From Veleropilina oligotropha (lineage: Eukaryota), in the NCBI GenBank assembly GCA_048128005.1, contig JBEUKZ010000121.1, positions 1 to 40,533 of the forward strand: a stretch of 40,533 bases of DNA, in the 5' to 3' direction. Positions 1 through 26,762 of the stretch are shown one piece after another. A program made the translations under genes and the position numbers. Below the pieces are notes generated by a model. The model did not search any database and was not told where the DNA came from. It saw only the letters and a list, made by a program, of their open reading frames with translations. How positions within the stretch are numbered: position 1 is the stretch's first letter; each line of letters starts with the position of its first letter.

Positions 1-11
1 ATACAAGCGCA

Positions 12-12870
<12,859 letters not shown>

Positions 12871-14145
12871 TTATAAGTATTGGTATTCTACAGATCTTTT
12901 TTAAAGCTTCGTCAAAATCGATTTATTGTACATATAGTATGTCTTAATTCGTAGAAAAGAATAGTAGAAATTTGACGTTGCTTAGTTTTCTTTATCTGAA
13001 ACCTTGGTTTGTATGTGTTAATTTACATATGTTGTTCAATCATGAATAATCGATGCTGGTAATATAAAATGATGTTTGGTTTGTTCTTTTCTGTTGTTCA
13101 ATATCAGACTCGATAATCGGGATGCTCACATCATCCAGAACAATTTGCAAGGACATAGAGAGCAGCATTACGTCTACGGAAATGGCACAAAATACAGAAT
13201 TCATAACCAATCTACGATGTGTTGTTACAAAAAGTAGTCCAGAAAGTACCTGTCAAAATGAGGACAAAAAATTGACAATTAACGGTGTGAAATCATGACA
13301 TGATGAACCATTTTCAGCAAACTATATGAATAATTTATGCTTATTTTTTACCACGGGGTGTCGTTCGTACAGCAGATATACTTTTTTTGTCTAAAGGAAT
13401 ACGACCTTATAGCCGTGATCCTGATTGACATTTAACTTATAACCGCATGCGTTCCTTAATTGATCCATCAAATGACATACAAAATGGCAGCGCCCATGGA
13501 ATGTATGACATATGAATCAATTAAGGAACGCACGCGGCTTAAAGCAAAAAGTCCGAAGCAACTAGCTTTCGTTCAGCGCACACGTAGAGATTTCTTTCAC
13601 TCGTGGCAGAAATGATCAAACACGTTGGATATTTCACTTTTGTCCACGAATGACAGAAATCTTGCATAAAACTGCCCGCACACGGAAGCCGTCTGCTTAA
13701 GCAAATGGTCACGAATGAAATTTTGCTGAGCTGGCAGCTCTCGTCTGCGGCAGGTTTAAACTAAAGTGATCGTCTTTTCTTAGAACAAAGACACTTGATA
13801 AAACATTACCATTATCGAAGCGTTGTGGGACCTCTGGACTGTCTGATGTTAAATACTCCACGTACACTCCGTGACATACGTAGAAACCGTGAAGTGTCTG
13901 TTGCACTAACTCAAGTTTGGCGTCGTATTATTTACTGGAAAATGTAATCCATTCAAAGTACTTTGAAAAGATCAGTTTATTGCAATAGCATGTAATATAA
14001 TGACATTTATATTATGGCATTATATAAGCGAAGCAGTTGATTAAGTAATGAGCTCTCTACGGGGACAGGTCAGATGAGAACTGATTGCACCAAAACAAAT
14101 CCAACTAAAGCTGCAAGCAGCTGTGAGGGCTCCAATTCAGGGACC

Positions 14146-14590
14146 AGTTTACAGGCACTCGCAAACACAGCATCTACCCACACACCAAATTTCAGCTTTC
14201 TACCCGCCATATCATCGAATTAGGTCAATTACTGCCGAACCAGTGGCGCCACTTAGCTGAAAAGTTTACAGGCGCTTAATAAACACCATATCTACCTGCA
14301 AACCAAATTTCAGCTTTCTACCCCAAAAATCTTCGAATTAGGTCAATTACTGCCAAACCAGTGGCGCCACCTAGCTGAAAAATGTACAGGCGCTTAATAA
14401 ACACCATATCTACCTGCAAACCAAATTTCAGCTTCCTACCCCCAAAATCATGGAATTAGGTCAATTACTGCCGAACCAGTGGCGCCACCTAGCTGGAAAA
14501 ATGTACAGGCGCTTAATAAACACCATATCTACCTGCAAACCAAATTTCAGCTTTCTACCCCCAAAATCATGGAATTAGGTCAATTACAGC
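14146..14590. repeat. About 120-bp tandem repeat, about 4 copies
   Basis: ...AAACACCATATCTACCTGCAAACCAAATTTCAGCTTTCTACCC...GAATTAGGTCAATTACTGCCGAACCAGTGGCGCCAC... Confidence 0.92.
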
Positions 14591-15764
14591 TAACTGGGTC
14601 ATCTGAGGTCAAAGGTCATGGTCATTTTTGAAAGCTTACCCATGACTTCCCATAGGCTCCCCATTGTAACTACATGTCTAAGATGCACCGTTTACAAGAT
14701 ACAGCCCCTTGAAACAATTTCCATAATGGCGTCCGATTTCCGCCATCTTGGAAATGCGATGTCATATACGTTCCCACTACCCATTGCATTCCATCCCCTG
14801 CGTTTTTCCGAGTTCGGCAATTTTTCGCTAATTAGGTCACTGAGGTCAAAGGTCAAGGTCATTTTCGAAAGTTTCCCCATGACTTCCCATAAGCTCCCCA
14901 TAGTAACTATATGTCTAAGATGCACCGTTTACAAGATATAGCCCCTTTAAACATTTTCAGTAATGGCGTCCAAGTCAGCTGGTGGGAAAAAGGAGAGAAA
15001 ATAAATAATGATAATTATAAATATATAGAACTGGTCACTGGGACTGAGTACATGCGTGTAGAGTCAATAAATCAGCATCATAAACTGCCTACACCAGGCA
15101 GCCTTTACGACATCTGCAAGACCAGATCATAAAATGCCACAACTTCATTCATGATAACATCATAAATGCTGTAATCGCCGTCCTAAGACTGTAGTAGGAA
15201 TAAAAATATGTCTTATAAACATAAAAAATATTGATCATATGCATGCCAAAATTTCCAATTAAAATGATCTTAATACAGTATAGTTTCAGTGAAAATTTCA
15301 CTTAAATCGGATAATGGTGACCGCTGAAATAAAAAAGTGTGATTTTTTCAAAATTATTGAGAGATTCAGATGGCCGTAACTGCCTTGCTTTTGTTCCGAT
15401 AACATTTTCGATCGCAAACTTTTTTCTTCACATAGTGAAGATCATTATTTAGGAACATCGCGTACCTCACTTCAGCCGTTTGGCCGAAGAAGATGGTATA
15501 AAAAGGTGCTTTTTTAAAGAAAAAACCTTAATTGCCGCTAAGCCAGTGGCGCCGAATAGCAGAACTTAAGTGCGAAACAACTTCAGTACCATAGCTACAT
15601 GTTTACCAATTTTAGAGTTTTTGATTTAAGCAGTTTGGAAGTTATCACTGGTACAAAACTCAGCCGGAATAATAAGAATAATAATAATAATTAAAGCTGC
15701 AAGCAGCTAAAAGGGCTCCAAGATGAGAGAGGAAACAAAAATAAGCAACTTGCCTGCACCATTA

Positions 15765-16078
15765 AAGTGGCCCGCGTGAAGTCCCGATCTCACAGCATAT
15801 GACAATGCGTTAATACTTATGAAGTTATATTAAAGAAATCGTAGCCAAACAGAAGTACTGCACGACAGATGAATTGAAGGATGCTATTCGTCAAGCATTT
15901 GCCACTATTATTGGAGCAATGTTGAGAAAAGAATGACGCATAGGTCTTGGCGATGCATAATATTGTGTTGTGATAATGATAGAGCATACACATCGATTCA
16001 CCGGATCAGACGAAACAGTAATATAACCAGTACACACATGGACTTATGGAAAAGCATGGACTTATGGAACACCCTGTA
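15765..16078 (+). mobile_element. 3' fragment of a Tc1/mariner element
   Basis: Degenerate KWPA*SPDLT..D and ELKDAIRQAF motifs; ends GGACTTATGGAACACCCTG|TA, a mariner-like TIR. Confidence 0.7.
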
Positions 16079-17859
16079 GACTCGGCGGCGTTACAGTCAA
16101 GGGGGTATCTTAACAGTGACAACATAGTAGGCTCCCTTATACTACAATAATGTTTTGCATTATGCTAGTTTAATGGTGTTAGCTATGCATCTGCCCTGGT
16201 TTATTCTGTTGAGATATATATATATAGAAGCTGGTCACTGGAACTGAGTACATGCGTGTAGAGTCAATAAATCAGCATCATACTGCCTACAGCTGGCACT
16301 TGTACCAAGTGAAATGAATTTTGTTAATTTTACGGTGACCTACTTTATGCATGTAACGCACCTTGAATTATATTGCATACACACATCAAGTATCGTGATG
16401 TCGGTCAAAGAATAAGGGAGATATGGAGCAGAAAGGTATTTTTGGCAAAATGCGATCAAGTGACAAAAGTAAGTTGCGGTGGCCTACTTTTAGTACGTGC
16501 CGTAATAAAGTAAAATTTCGGTGTACATAACAGTTAATTCGGACGATCGAGTAGAAACGAACTAATGAATGTGTATGTTCTCAAAGAACAAGATCCCATT
16601 ACTATGAAAAAACTGATTTAAATGACGTTTTTATGCATATGACATTATAAAACTTTGATATGAATGAAATAAATTATACGTTTCATATAGTTAAAAATTA
16701 AAAAGGTTGCAGCCAATTCAATATTGAAATGTAATTTCTTTGTAACTCCTTATTTGATATAACAAACTATTCGATTACAGCAACATATAAAGTTGTAATG
16801 GTGATCAAAATTACCATATTCTGAATGCCGGCAGGGTTCCTACACTTAGGCTTTGACAAAATTCCAGGACTTTCCAGGACATTAGGCCTATTTATTGAAA
16901 TGCAAGGTTATTCCAGGACATTTGTGAGATGTCATATATAAAGCAGTGTTCGAAACTAACTTTTTACGGGATCGGGCCAGTTACAACCAAATGTGGCCCA
17001 GATTATGTTTCAATTTAAAAATGCATCTTAAGATTGCTGAAACCGAACAGATTATGACTGGAGTCTTGTTGGTGTGGCCGTTAAACTTACATCGCGTAGC
17101 TCACTTGAGCCGTTTGGCCGAAGAAGATGGTATAAAAAGGTGGTTTTTTAAAGAAAAAACCTTAATTGCCGCTAAGCCAGCGGCGCCGTTGGCCGGTGTA
17201 AATAAATAAGAAAAGTATCAACGATGCATTAAGTATGAGGTCGAAATCGCGTACAACGTGGAAGACCTCGTTAAAATCCAACCTACTACTACGATGCGAG
17301 CGTTTAACGTGCTAGAAGTAGTTCCAACATTGATTTTCAACTTGATATTAATTTTTTTTTTACAAATATTCGTTGCCTGAATTATTATTGTTATTTATTA
17401 TTTAATATTACAGTACATGATAATATACCTGTAGGTGAAAAATCAATGATACCATGAATACAATAATATGGTGTTGTAGCGTGCAAGGCGTTGTGCGCCG
17501 GAGTATCAAGATCGTCGTTAGATTTCATAATTTGTTCCTTGTTCAGTTTGCCCAACGGTGCAAGGGAAATAACTCGGTGTGTTTCGGGTAGCTAAGCTTA
17601 ATCGCTATTTATTTGATCACTTGGAAACCAAAAATAGATTGTATTGTTTAAATGACTAAATTCAATGAATTTAAAACAAAAAACATTAGCTGAGCTAATT
17701 GTTCCCTGCACAATTAGTGTAATCGAGTGCATTTCCGTATCATTTGAGGAGTCTGTATGCAATTTACTGTTCAAAGCGTAATGCGCGTTTGCGTGTGCAA
17801 AGCCTAATTGATGCACATGTAATTTATGCTACAAGATATACGAATTGGCACAACTAGGG

Positions 17860-17900
17860 TATTCTCTCGGAAGAATTTGGTGGCCCTGAAAAGGGCCGTT
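17860..17900 (-). terminator. Histone mRNA 3' stem-loop and purine-rich downstream element
   Basis: Minus strand AAC-GGCCCTTTTCAGGGCC-ACCA (stem-loop 17882..17897) followed by CCGAGAGAA. Confidence 0.95.
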
Positions 17901-17926
17901 GGAACTTCGTAAGAAAAGCGGTGCGT

Positions 17927-18370
<444 letters not shown>

Positions 18371-19214
18371 TTGTTCTCCTAATTTCGCCAAGACAAACAA
18401 TAGCCCCCATTCGAGTGGTAGGCTTCGTTGAGTATGTACAAACTGTTAAGCATGATTTCTACTAGGCCATTTATCGTATTGGGCAATTTTTGCTTGATTT
18501 CACAATACAATTTATTTTCATACACTTGTGAATACGTTTTTTTGCTAATGCGCAACCAACTCCGTACTCAAGGGAAAGTACCACACAAATGAGCCTATTA
18601 ATAATGACTATCGCTCGTAAAGATGATCTTTAGCAACAATAACTTCCATACAAAGTAATTTAAACGTTATAACTTTCGTATTATGAACATACGCAATCAA
18701 TAGCAGCCCTATAGTTTTTCATACTTCGTGGGTGCGATCATGTGTTTTTAGCCGTGTTCGTATTTTTTGATGCTGCTGTTTTGACAGTTGAAAACAATCG
18801 TTCGAAGCAGTCCGTGGCGTGAATTTTCCGTTTAGCCAAGGATAAAATAAAGACTTTCGGATAAGAATCACATTGTTGGGGATCTGGAAACGCAAGCGTG
18901 TCCTATAAAGCCTGGCGAAGGCCGTTAGTCGTGTTCGTTCGGTCTGGTGAGTAGAACACGACTCCGAAGCGGACAACAGCCACATTAACACTATTATGCC
19001 AGCTTGGTGAATATTAGAATAATGTTTATCGGCAGATGACAACAAACATTGGAGGGTGGTGCGAAAACGAATAAAGGTTTGGTGTTTTTATTGAGCAACT
19101 TACTTTGCGTTATGAAATGGGTGAATGTTTGTGTGTTTCTATGTAAACTACCAATTAACTTATTACTTATTACAATTTCCTTAGCTAAGCAAGCAAACGC
19201 TATGGCATAACAGA

Positions 19215-19249
19215 GGTATTCTCTCGGAAGATTTAGGTGGCCCTGAAAG
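19215..19249 (-). pseudogene. Orphan 3' end of a second histone gene (half stem-loop plus downstream element)
   Basis: GGTATTCTCTCGGAAGATTTAGGTGGCCCTGAAA nearly matches 17858..17891 but breaks inside the loop; no CDS follows. Confidence 0.8.
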
Positions 19250-21184
19250 ATATGTCACAAGTTTGTCCAAAACAGGCCTATTTATAGACAAAGCGTGGAT
19301 TGAAACTACGAAACCTAACCACCAATGAAAAACTATCTCTACGCTCATTGGTTCAAACTTTTGCAACTTTCAATCCGCATCCGGTCGGGTTTGACGCAGA
19401 AATACCAATGGCATTTTCAATGCTAAATTAAAAATTATTGAGAGATTCAGATGGCCGTAACTGCCTTGCTTTTGTTCCGATAACATTTTAGATCGCAAAC
19501 TTTTTTCTTCACATAGTGAAGATCATTATTTAGGAACATCGCGTACCTCACTTCAGCCGTTTGGCCGAAGAAGATGGTATAAAAAGGTGCTTTTTTAAAG
19601 AAAAAACCTTAATTGCCGCTAAGCCAGTGGCGCCGCATAGCAGAACTTAAGTGCGAAACAACTTCAGTACCATAGCTACATGTTTACCAATTTTAGAGTT
19701 TTTGATTTAAGCGGTTTGGAAGTTATCACTGGTACAAAACTCAGCCGGAATAATAAGAATAATAATAATAATAATAATAATAATTAAAGCTGCGAGCAGC
19801 TGTGAGGGCTTCAATCAGATAAACGAAATAAAAAAAAGACGTAAAATACAAAAGAATAAAAAAGTTTAATTTTAAAAAAAAAAATTGCAAAAAAATACTA
19901 AATTTAAAAAAATATTTCTTATATTTTAAGATATACATATGGCCACTCTGAATCGAATGCCGCCAATCTTAGATTTCTACGCCGAAAGTGCTAGGGGGGG
20001 CCGGGAAATTTTGAAACCTAGATGCTATGAAATGCTGTTTCCGGCGTTATCAGGCTTCTAATTCATGTGACAATTAAGCAAAAAATTAGGCAAAATAGAT
20101 TGCATTTTTGTTAATTTGAATTTAAATTAAATAATCAGTTGTCATAAATAATCAGTGTCCAGTGGTGAGGTACTCCATCGCTCAGACTGAGGTCGTGCAT
20201 AATTAAGACCATTTCACTTCATTATCAAATGTTTACTTAAGCCTGATAGCAGAACTTCTCAAGGGTCGTCCACTGGACAGGGTTGGCAGGCGGCTTTATG
20301 ACACCTCAAAGAGACAGGCTCATAAACTGCCTACTTCATCTGATAAGGCAATTAGCACTGAGCTGGTCGCGCCGAAATGAGACTAGGAATTAAAATAGTA
20401 TTTTTTAAACAATGAAAGTACTTATTGTATTCTTGTCACAATTCTCTAATATAACGATCTTTATATAGTATATTTTATGCGAAAATCTGGAAGAAAAAGG
20501 ACCATTTTTAGAGGCACTATGGAGCAATATTGGCCATGTTATGCAGGCCAAACTGAAACAATTCCATCTTAGGCATACTACTACAGGTAATAATAAATGT
20601 GGGCTACTTGGAAACGGAAGGCATTTGTAATTTAAATTATGCTATGGCATAATTATAGTTATAAATTTATTAAAAATACTAGCTGGGTATTATATATATA
20701 ATTATAAATAGCACATCAAATAAAGAAGGAACGGGCCTGACTAATTTTAATTAGATAACATTCGCGAATTGTGCACAAGTTATTAATATATTATGTATGT
20801 TGGATGTATCCCGAATTGTACAGAATCGGTAAGCGCGTGTCTGATAACTATACGCAATGAAGCTTTGCCTGTGTTTATTTTGTTGGGGTCAATTACAGTT
20901 ATTTAAACGGGTTATGTTTTCGATTCAATAGTTAAGTATACAGAACCAGAATTGTTTAAGGGAACTGTTCGCGACTAAAACTTTCTATTTCTTGCTTGCT
21001 GTTACAAGATGTTTTTGTTTGCCACATGCTAAATTATCTGTAAATTAGCATGCGTAGTTTTTATCTTATCATTAGGTAAATGTTCATTCAAGATAATTTC
21101 ATATATGAGAGTGTTTAATCACAATATATTTGTTCTTCTGAATGCACTTAGACCAATCGTAGTATCTTGTTACACTGGTGGTGT

Positions 21185-21572
21185 ATTCAATTCAATTCAA
21201 ATTTATTTAGGCTGTAAACACAATATATGTTTTTAGCCATTGGTAAAATATTTACAGACAGACAGTTGTACACAAAATACAGTATTATCTATAGTTAAGT
21301 CATAATGTAGTTATATATGTATATACAATAGAAGGAGTTAATTATTAGATAACTGTATATACTAACTATATATTTATATTTTAGCTTTCCAGCAAGTATT
21401 TGTGATCAAATAATATCATAATATATCCATTATGAATCAACAAGCATGCATTACAAATAATCGTATATATTGACGCATGCATATATCCACACTGGTTAAA
21501 TATTCACACTAAATGTCTAGTTGTATATATGTAGCGGTATGTTAATGCAAGATAACGTTAAATGAATAGTGC

Positions 21573-21652
<80 letters not shown>

Positions 21653-22140
21653 TATATACCTTGTTTATAAATATAATATGTATATAGACATATTTATATA
21701 TCACACATCTTATATACACATGAAACAATATATATACAATACAAGGTCAATTCAAAATATACACATAAAACACATATATAATATTATACAATACAAGATC
21801 AATTCAAAATACGTCTCAACATTCGATTATTGATTTCTCATTTTTAGGGCGTGTTTAAGATAGGTGCCAAGAGCAGATAGTGTTTTGATCGAATCATTTG
21901 ACATTAGATTTATAAATTTGTGAACAGTTGGCCATCGTGTATAATATTTTGGGAGATATTTAATTCGAATTTCTCGATATTTGTCGCAAACAAGAACGAA
22001 ATGGTATTCATCTTCTATAATATGTTGACTACAATGCTGACACAATCGTTGATTTCTTTCAATACCCTGAAACCTTCCTTCTTCAATCGCTAATTTGCAC
22101 GTACTACTTCTAATATGTGCGAGTCTTTGCTTTGATCCCT
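21185..22140 (-). mobile_element. 5'-truncated non-LTR retrotransposon (ORF2 C-terminal Cys/His region, 3' UTR and (TTGAA)n tail)
   Basis: RLAHIRSSTCKLAIEEGR...RLCQHC..IEDEYHFVLVC..Y..IR; minus-strand AATAAATTTGAATTGAATTGAAT at about 21185..21208. Confidence 0.82.
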
Positions 22141-22942
22141 GATAGCCCAATGGTCTCATGTGGGCACAAGTAATATCATTAATTAGTTTTAATTACATGC
22201 TAAAGACACTGATATACAACAACCCCAGAAGACCTGGTGCATGGCTTTATGACACCTCAAAGAGACAGGCTCATAAACTGCCTACTTCATCTGATAAGGC
22301 AATTAGCACTGAGCTGGTCGCGCCGAAATGAGACTAGGAATTAAAATAGTATTTTTTAAACAATGAAAGTACTTATTGTATTCTTGTCACAATTCTCTAA
22401 TATAACGATCTTTATATAGTATATTTTATGCGAAAATCTGGAAGAAAAAGGACCATTTTTAGAGGCACTATGGAGAAATATTCATCTAAAAAAACTAAGT
22501 CTAATTACTCTCAAGCAACTCATTTTAGCGATGTATTCTATAGATATTACATTAGATATTTTCGATACGAATAAAATGAATTGCGTCACGTTTCATATAA
22601 ATGAAAATTAAAGAAGTTACAGTCAATTTAATATTAAATTTAATGTCTTCATAACTCCTTTTTAATTTGTCTCACAAAGTATTCCATTAGAACAACATAT
22701 ACCGATATAATGCTTTGTCAAAACTACCAAGTGTCGATAAGATCACGCTACTCAGTTCTGAGAAAAGCGCATTTTAATGTTTTCAAAAAATCAAAGATTG
22801 CGACGAAACCATGGCATTTATTGGCTAAAATTTTGCGGCAAACATTACTTGATATCGATGCGCACTCACCCTGGAAGATTGGAAAGATTTCGTGAAGTAC
22901 ATTGAAAGATACTGCAGAAATGAAAAATTGAAAAAACCTCAC

Positions 22943-23272
22943 AATTTTGTCAAGATTAGGACGCCCGTAGCGATCTTAGCATTGAAAAAATGAAAATTTC
23001 ATTTCCAAGAGATTGTTGTCTCAATAGTCTAGATCATGCCTTTGAAGATTTTGTCTCGATCTCGAAAGCCGTGTAAGACTTATATCGTTTTTGAAAAGAG
23101 GTCATTTTTAATTTTGTCAAGATTAGGACGCCCGTAGCGATCTTAGCATTGAAAAAATGAAAATTTCATTTCCAGGAGATTGTTGTCTCAATAGTCTAGA
23201 TCATGCCTTTGAAGATTTTGTCTCGATCTCGAAAGCCGTGTAAGACTTATATCGTTTTTGAAAAGAGGTCAT
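22943..23272. repeat. 167-bp tandem duplication
   Basis: AATTTTGTCAAGATTAGGACGCCCGTAGCG... at 22943 and 23110. Confidence 0.93.
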
Positions 23273-23612
23273 ATTTTTTTACAAAATTGAAGATTACGAC
23301 CAAAGCATAAAATCCCGAAACTTGAAAATAGAACGAGGCAATGCTTCAATGATGTGCCCAAGCACACATGAATTTTGAAAGCTGTAGCTATAGCCGTTTT
23401 CGCGCTAAAGTGCCCACAAAAAAACGTCAGAATAAGAATAATAACCAGTACAATTTCAATAGGGCTTCAAGCTTGAAAAAGCTTGAAGCCCTAATAAACA
23501 AAATAGCAAAAACAATAGGGCTCCAGCTGAAGCTGTTGGAGCCCTAACTATATTTAATTATGATACAACTTCCATCGGTTAACACGCGATTATTAGTCAG
23601 AAAAATTAAAGA

Positions 23613-23843
23613 AAATTACTGCGGGTATGCTCGACTCCTCACGCACGTATTAGCATATTGGATCGAACTAGTAACTGGTTTGCCCACGTGTAACAACTAG
23701 GCCTCAACTATGACTTCAAAACACGACAAATTACTGCGGGTATGCTCGACTCCTCACGCACGCATTAGCATATTGGATCGAACTAGTAACTGGTTTGCCC
23801 ACGTGTAACAACTAGGCCTCAACTATGACTTCAAAACACGACA
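23613..23843. repeat. 115-bp tandem duplication
   Basis: TTACTGCGGGTATGCTCGACTCC... at 23616 and 23731. Confidence 0.93.
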
Positions 23844-23876
23844 TATAACTCGGTCATGATAGTTATTTGAAAACAA

Positions 23877-24269
23877 GCTATGTGTACAGTGATCATCTAT
23901 CAAGAGAGGCTGTGTGTACAGTGATCATCTATCAAGAGAGGCTGTGTGTACAGTGATCATATATCAAGAGAGGCTGTGTGTACAGTGATCATCCATCAAG
24001 AGAGGCTGTGTGTACAGTGATCATCTATCAAGAGAGGCTGTGTGTACAGTGATCATCCATCAAGAGAGGCTGTATGTACAGTGATCATCCATCAAGAGAG
24101 GCTGTATGTACAGTGATCATCCATCAAGAGAGGCTGTGTGTACAGTGATCATCTATCAACAGAGGCTGTGTGTACAGTGATCATCTATCAAGAGAGGCTG
24201 TGTGTACAGTGATCATCTATCAACAGAGGCTGTGTGTACAGTGATCATCTATCAAGAGAGGCTGTGTGT
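23877..24269. repeat. 32-bp minisatellite, about 12 copies
   Basis: Unit GCTGTGTGTACAGTGATCATCTATCAAGAGAG. Confidence 0.97.
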
Positions 24270-24509
24270 TTTTCCCAGTTCTGTCCAAATTAAAAGCAAT
24301 TATTGCAAAAATTGAAATCTTAATGCACCCTTGCCCGGCTGAAATTAATAAATTATAACTTTATGTTTACCTTAGGAATCACTAATTTACTTTATTCTGT
24401 AACAAAAAGGGGCAGCAGGACCCCCCTGAATCCCCTTCCCCTCTGCACCCAAGCAGGCTGAGCAAAATACGTACCTTGATAGACAAGAGTATATTGTATG
24501 ACGAATATT

Positions 24510-25050
24510 ATGTATACAATTTATGTATAGAAGACCAGTGGCAGTAATGCTTTGGTAGAAGTTGTCGTCTAAGTTCTCTGTATTCAGGACATACTAGCGC
24601 AAAATGGTACTAATCTTCAACGTTATTAAGATGGCACATTGTAAATATTCTGTTTTTTCTTTAAATGTTGAAATACCTACCGGTTTCGATTTCTAGATTA
24701 TGTGAAATACATCTGAAACGTGTTAATGAGATTCTATAGTTCTCGGGACATACATCTAAGTACGTTTCAAATTCAAAATCATGTTTAAACAGCCTATATT
24801 TCATCATTTTGTTACTTTCATTCATGTCCGATCGCCACTTTTGAACATATATATATCTAAGACGCTGGTTAATCGCTTTTATGGGAATAGATACATTGGC
24901 ACTATTCTGGCATTGCCATACAAAACCGAAACCAGTTTCAAGCAATATTTTTTTTACCGAATTGGCCCATGTGTTATTTCTGGAGAGTAGTTGCGAATGA
25001 TAGGCTCTGTACAGTAAGGAATTGTTGGCGTTCAAAATTTCCCCCAGATT
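24510..25050 (-). mobile_element. Degenerate non-LTR ORF2 C-terminal fragment (same motif type as 21185..22140)
   Basis: W...VKKILLETGFGFVW, YRLFKHDFEFETYL, LTRFRCISHNLEIETGRY, then past stops ED*YHFALVCPEYRELR. Confidence 0.82.
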
Positions 25051-25494
25051 AATGTGTTCGTTAAGTGCAATTATAACGGCATGCAAAGTGAATTTTTTTG
25101 CGTCACGATGATGTACATTTCAAAGCACGCCACAGTTGGTTTCAGATGTTTGACCAGAGCACACGTAGGATTTACCTTTGTAGAGACCATCGGGTAAACT
25201 GTATAATATTGCAAATATATTTAGTATTTTAACGACATTTCTGTGATATAATATTTAAATAGCTCTCAGTGTTCGTTTCAAAGTAAAGCAATGTAAAATC
25301 GTTCATATGAACAACAACATTATATGGAGTATTGTCAGATTCTTCTGAACGTTAACCGTGTATTACATTTTCTTCATTTGGGTAACAAATTTAATGTTCT
25401 TGAAGTTTGTTGTCAGTGCAAAAGTGTTGTTTACGCGTTAAAATAATTGATATTTTCTTTTCAGTGTCCACGTGTACTAGAATGGACTCGCCCG

Positions 25495-26175
25495 CAGATA
25501 AATCGAATCATCTCATCCTCTCATTATCTCGCACATACAAGACCTATTCTCTATAAATATAAACAACTCGCAATTAATGACTTATATAAATTGCAAGTTG
25601 GTGTATTTATGTTTAAATTTTACCACAATATACTACCAACTACCTTTAAGGACTATTTCAAACTAAATCCCACTATCCATAACCACGACACAAGAAAATC
25701 CCACGATTTCCATATTAACAAATGCAAAACTCAAACTAGGTTTACCACTATCAAATGTTTTGGCCCTCGTCTATGGAATTCGTTAGATGCATCTTTAAAA
25801 AACTCACCGTCGTCTTCTACTTTCAAAGCAAACTTCAAATCAAAACTAATACGAGAATACCTTGATACGTAGAATTTCCAAACACAGTGTCACTTATTTC
25901 AATTATATAGTAACTACTAGATTAAATTCACACTACATTAATTGGAATAAAATTAATACTGTACCCTCTTTTCATTACTATCTTATTAGGTGGTCCTCTT
26001 TACAAGTCCTCGCGGACTTCTTCGGATCTCCTATCCGCTTACATTATAATTACCGTAATTGCATATATGTTTTTTTATACTATTATTGTACTATATATTA
26101 GCATACATGTATATTTTTTGTATTATTATCCTGTCATTATGATGTAATTGGAAAAATAAATAGTTATTCATCATC
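25495..26175 (+). mobile_element. 5'-truncated Crack/Daphne-like (CR1 group) LINE
   Basis: RIISSSHYLAHTRPIL...FMFKFYHNILP..F...HNHDTR...GPRLWNSL...FKANFK; 3' UTR ends with AATAAA. Confidence 0.85.
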
Positions 26176-26573
26176 AATTCTTTGAATTATATACTGCGTT
26201 ATACATGCTTTCCTCACTTTCCGGAATGAATCGTCCATAGCATGGAATTAATCGTCTTTAGCATGGAATTAATGCACATAACGCTTGTTTAATTGGTCTT
26301 TTAAGCAGACACAATGGGATTGCAGCAGTGGATTCGTGTAGAATAATCAACAGTTATAACAAAATAAAACTAGGTCAAAATGGATTAATAACTATTATCC
26401 ACGGTCCAGTCACGGTCACCTGATGGTATCTACTGACCGGTCACATGTTCTCGTAATGCTCTTGACATAAATAGGCTCGATTCAATAAACACTATCTCAT
26501 AACCCAATTTACGCTACATAGAGCTGCACGTTATTGCTAGCATGTAATATACGAAATAGAAGACACTATCAAG

Positions 26574-26720
26574 ATGGCCAATACATTGTTAATGCTCGCT
26601 ATTGCATTGTCGACGACACTCGTGCAGGGTGCTAATCATTGCTGTGTTCCCGATCAACACGAAGGGCTGGAAGGCGGGATAGCGGGCGTTGTAGAAGGAG
26701 CAACGCCGATATCAATAAAT
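26574..26720 (+). CDS. EPDR: EPDR gene 2 (tandem paralog) exon 1; remaining exons not found in the window
   Basis: MANTLLMLAIALSTTLVQGANHCCVPDQHEGLEGGIAGVVEGATPISIN|GTATGT aligns without gaps to gene 1 exon 1 from the CC motif onward, with the same phase-0 donor; TATA-like CATAAATA near 26466. Confidence 0.9.
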
Positions 26721-26762
26721 GTATGTATACCCTTGACAATATTTATCCTTGCCCACGTACAA

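Noticed and set aside
18719..19045. 108-aa minus-strand ORF upstream of H4 as another histone or cargo gene
   Set aside because: No histone or other recognisable motif and a non-ATG start; most likely spacer DNA
20292..22475. 233-bp direct repeats as LTRs
   Set aside because: No TG..CA ends, PBS, PPT or gag/pol between them
23877..24269. 32-bp repeat array as CRISPR
   Set aside because: No spacers; an ordinary minisatellite
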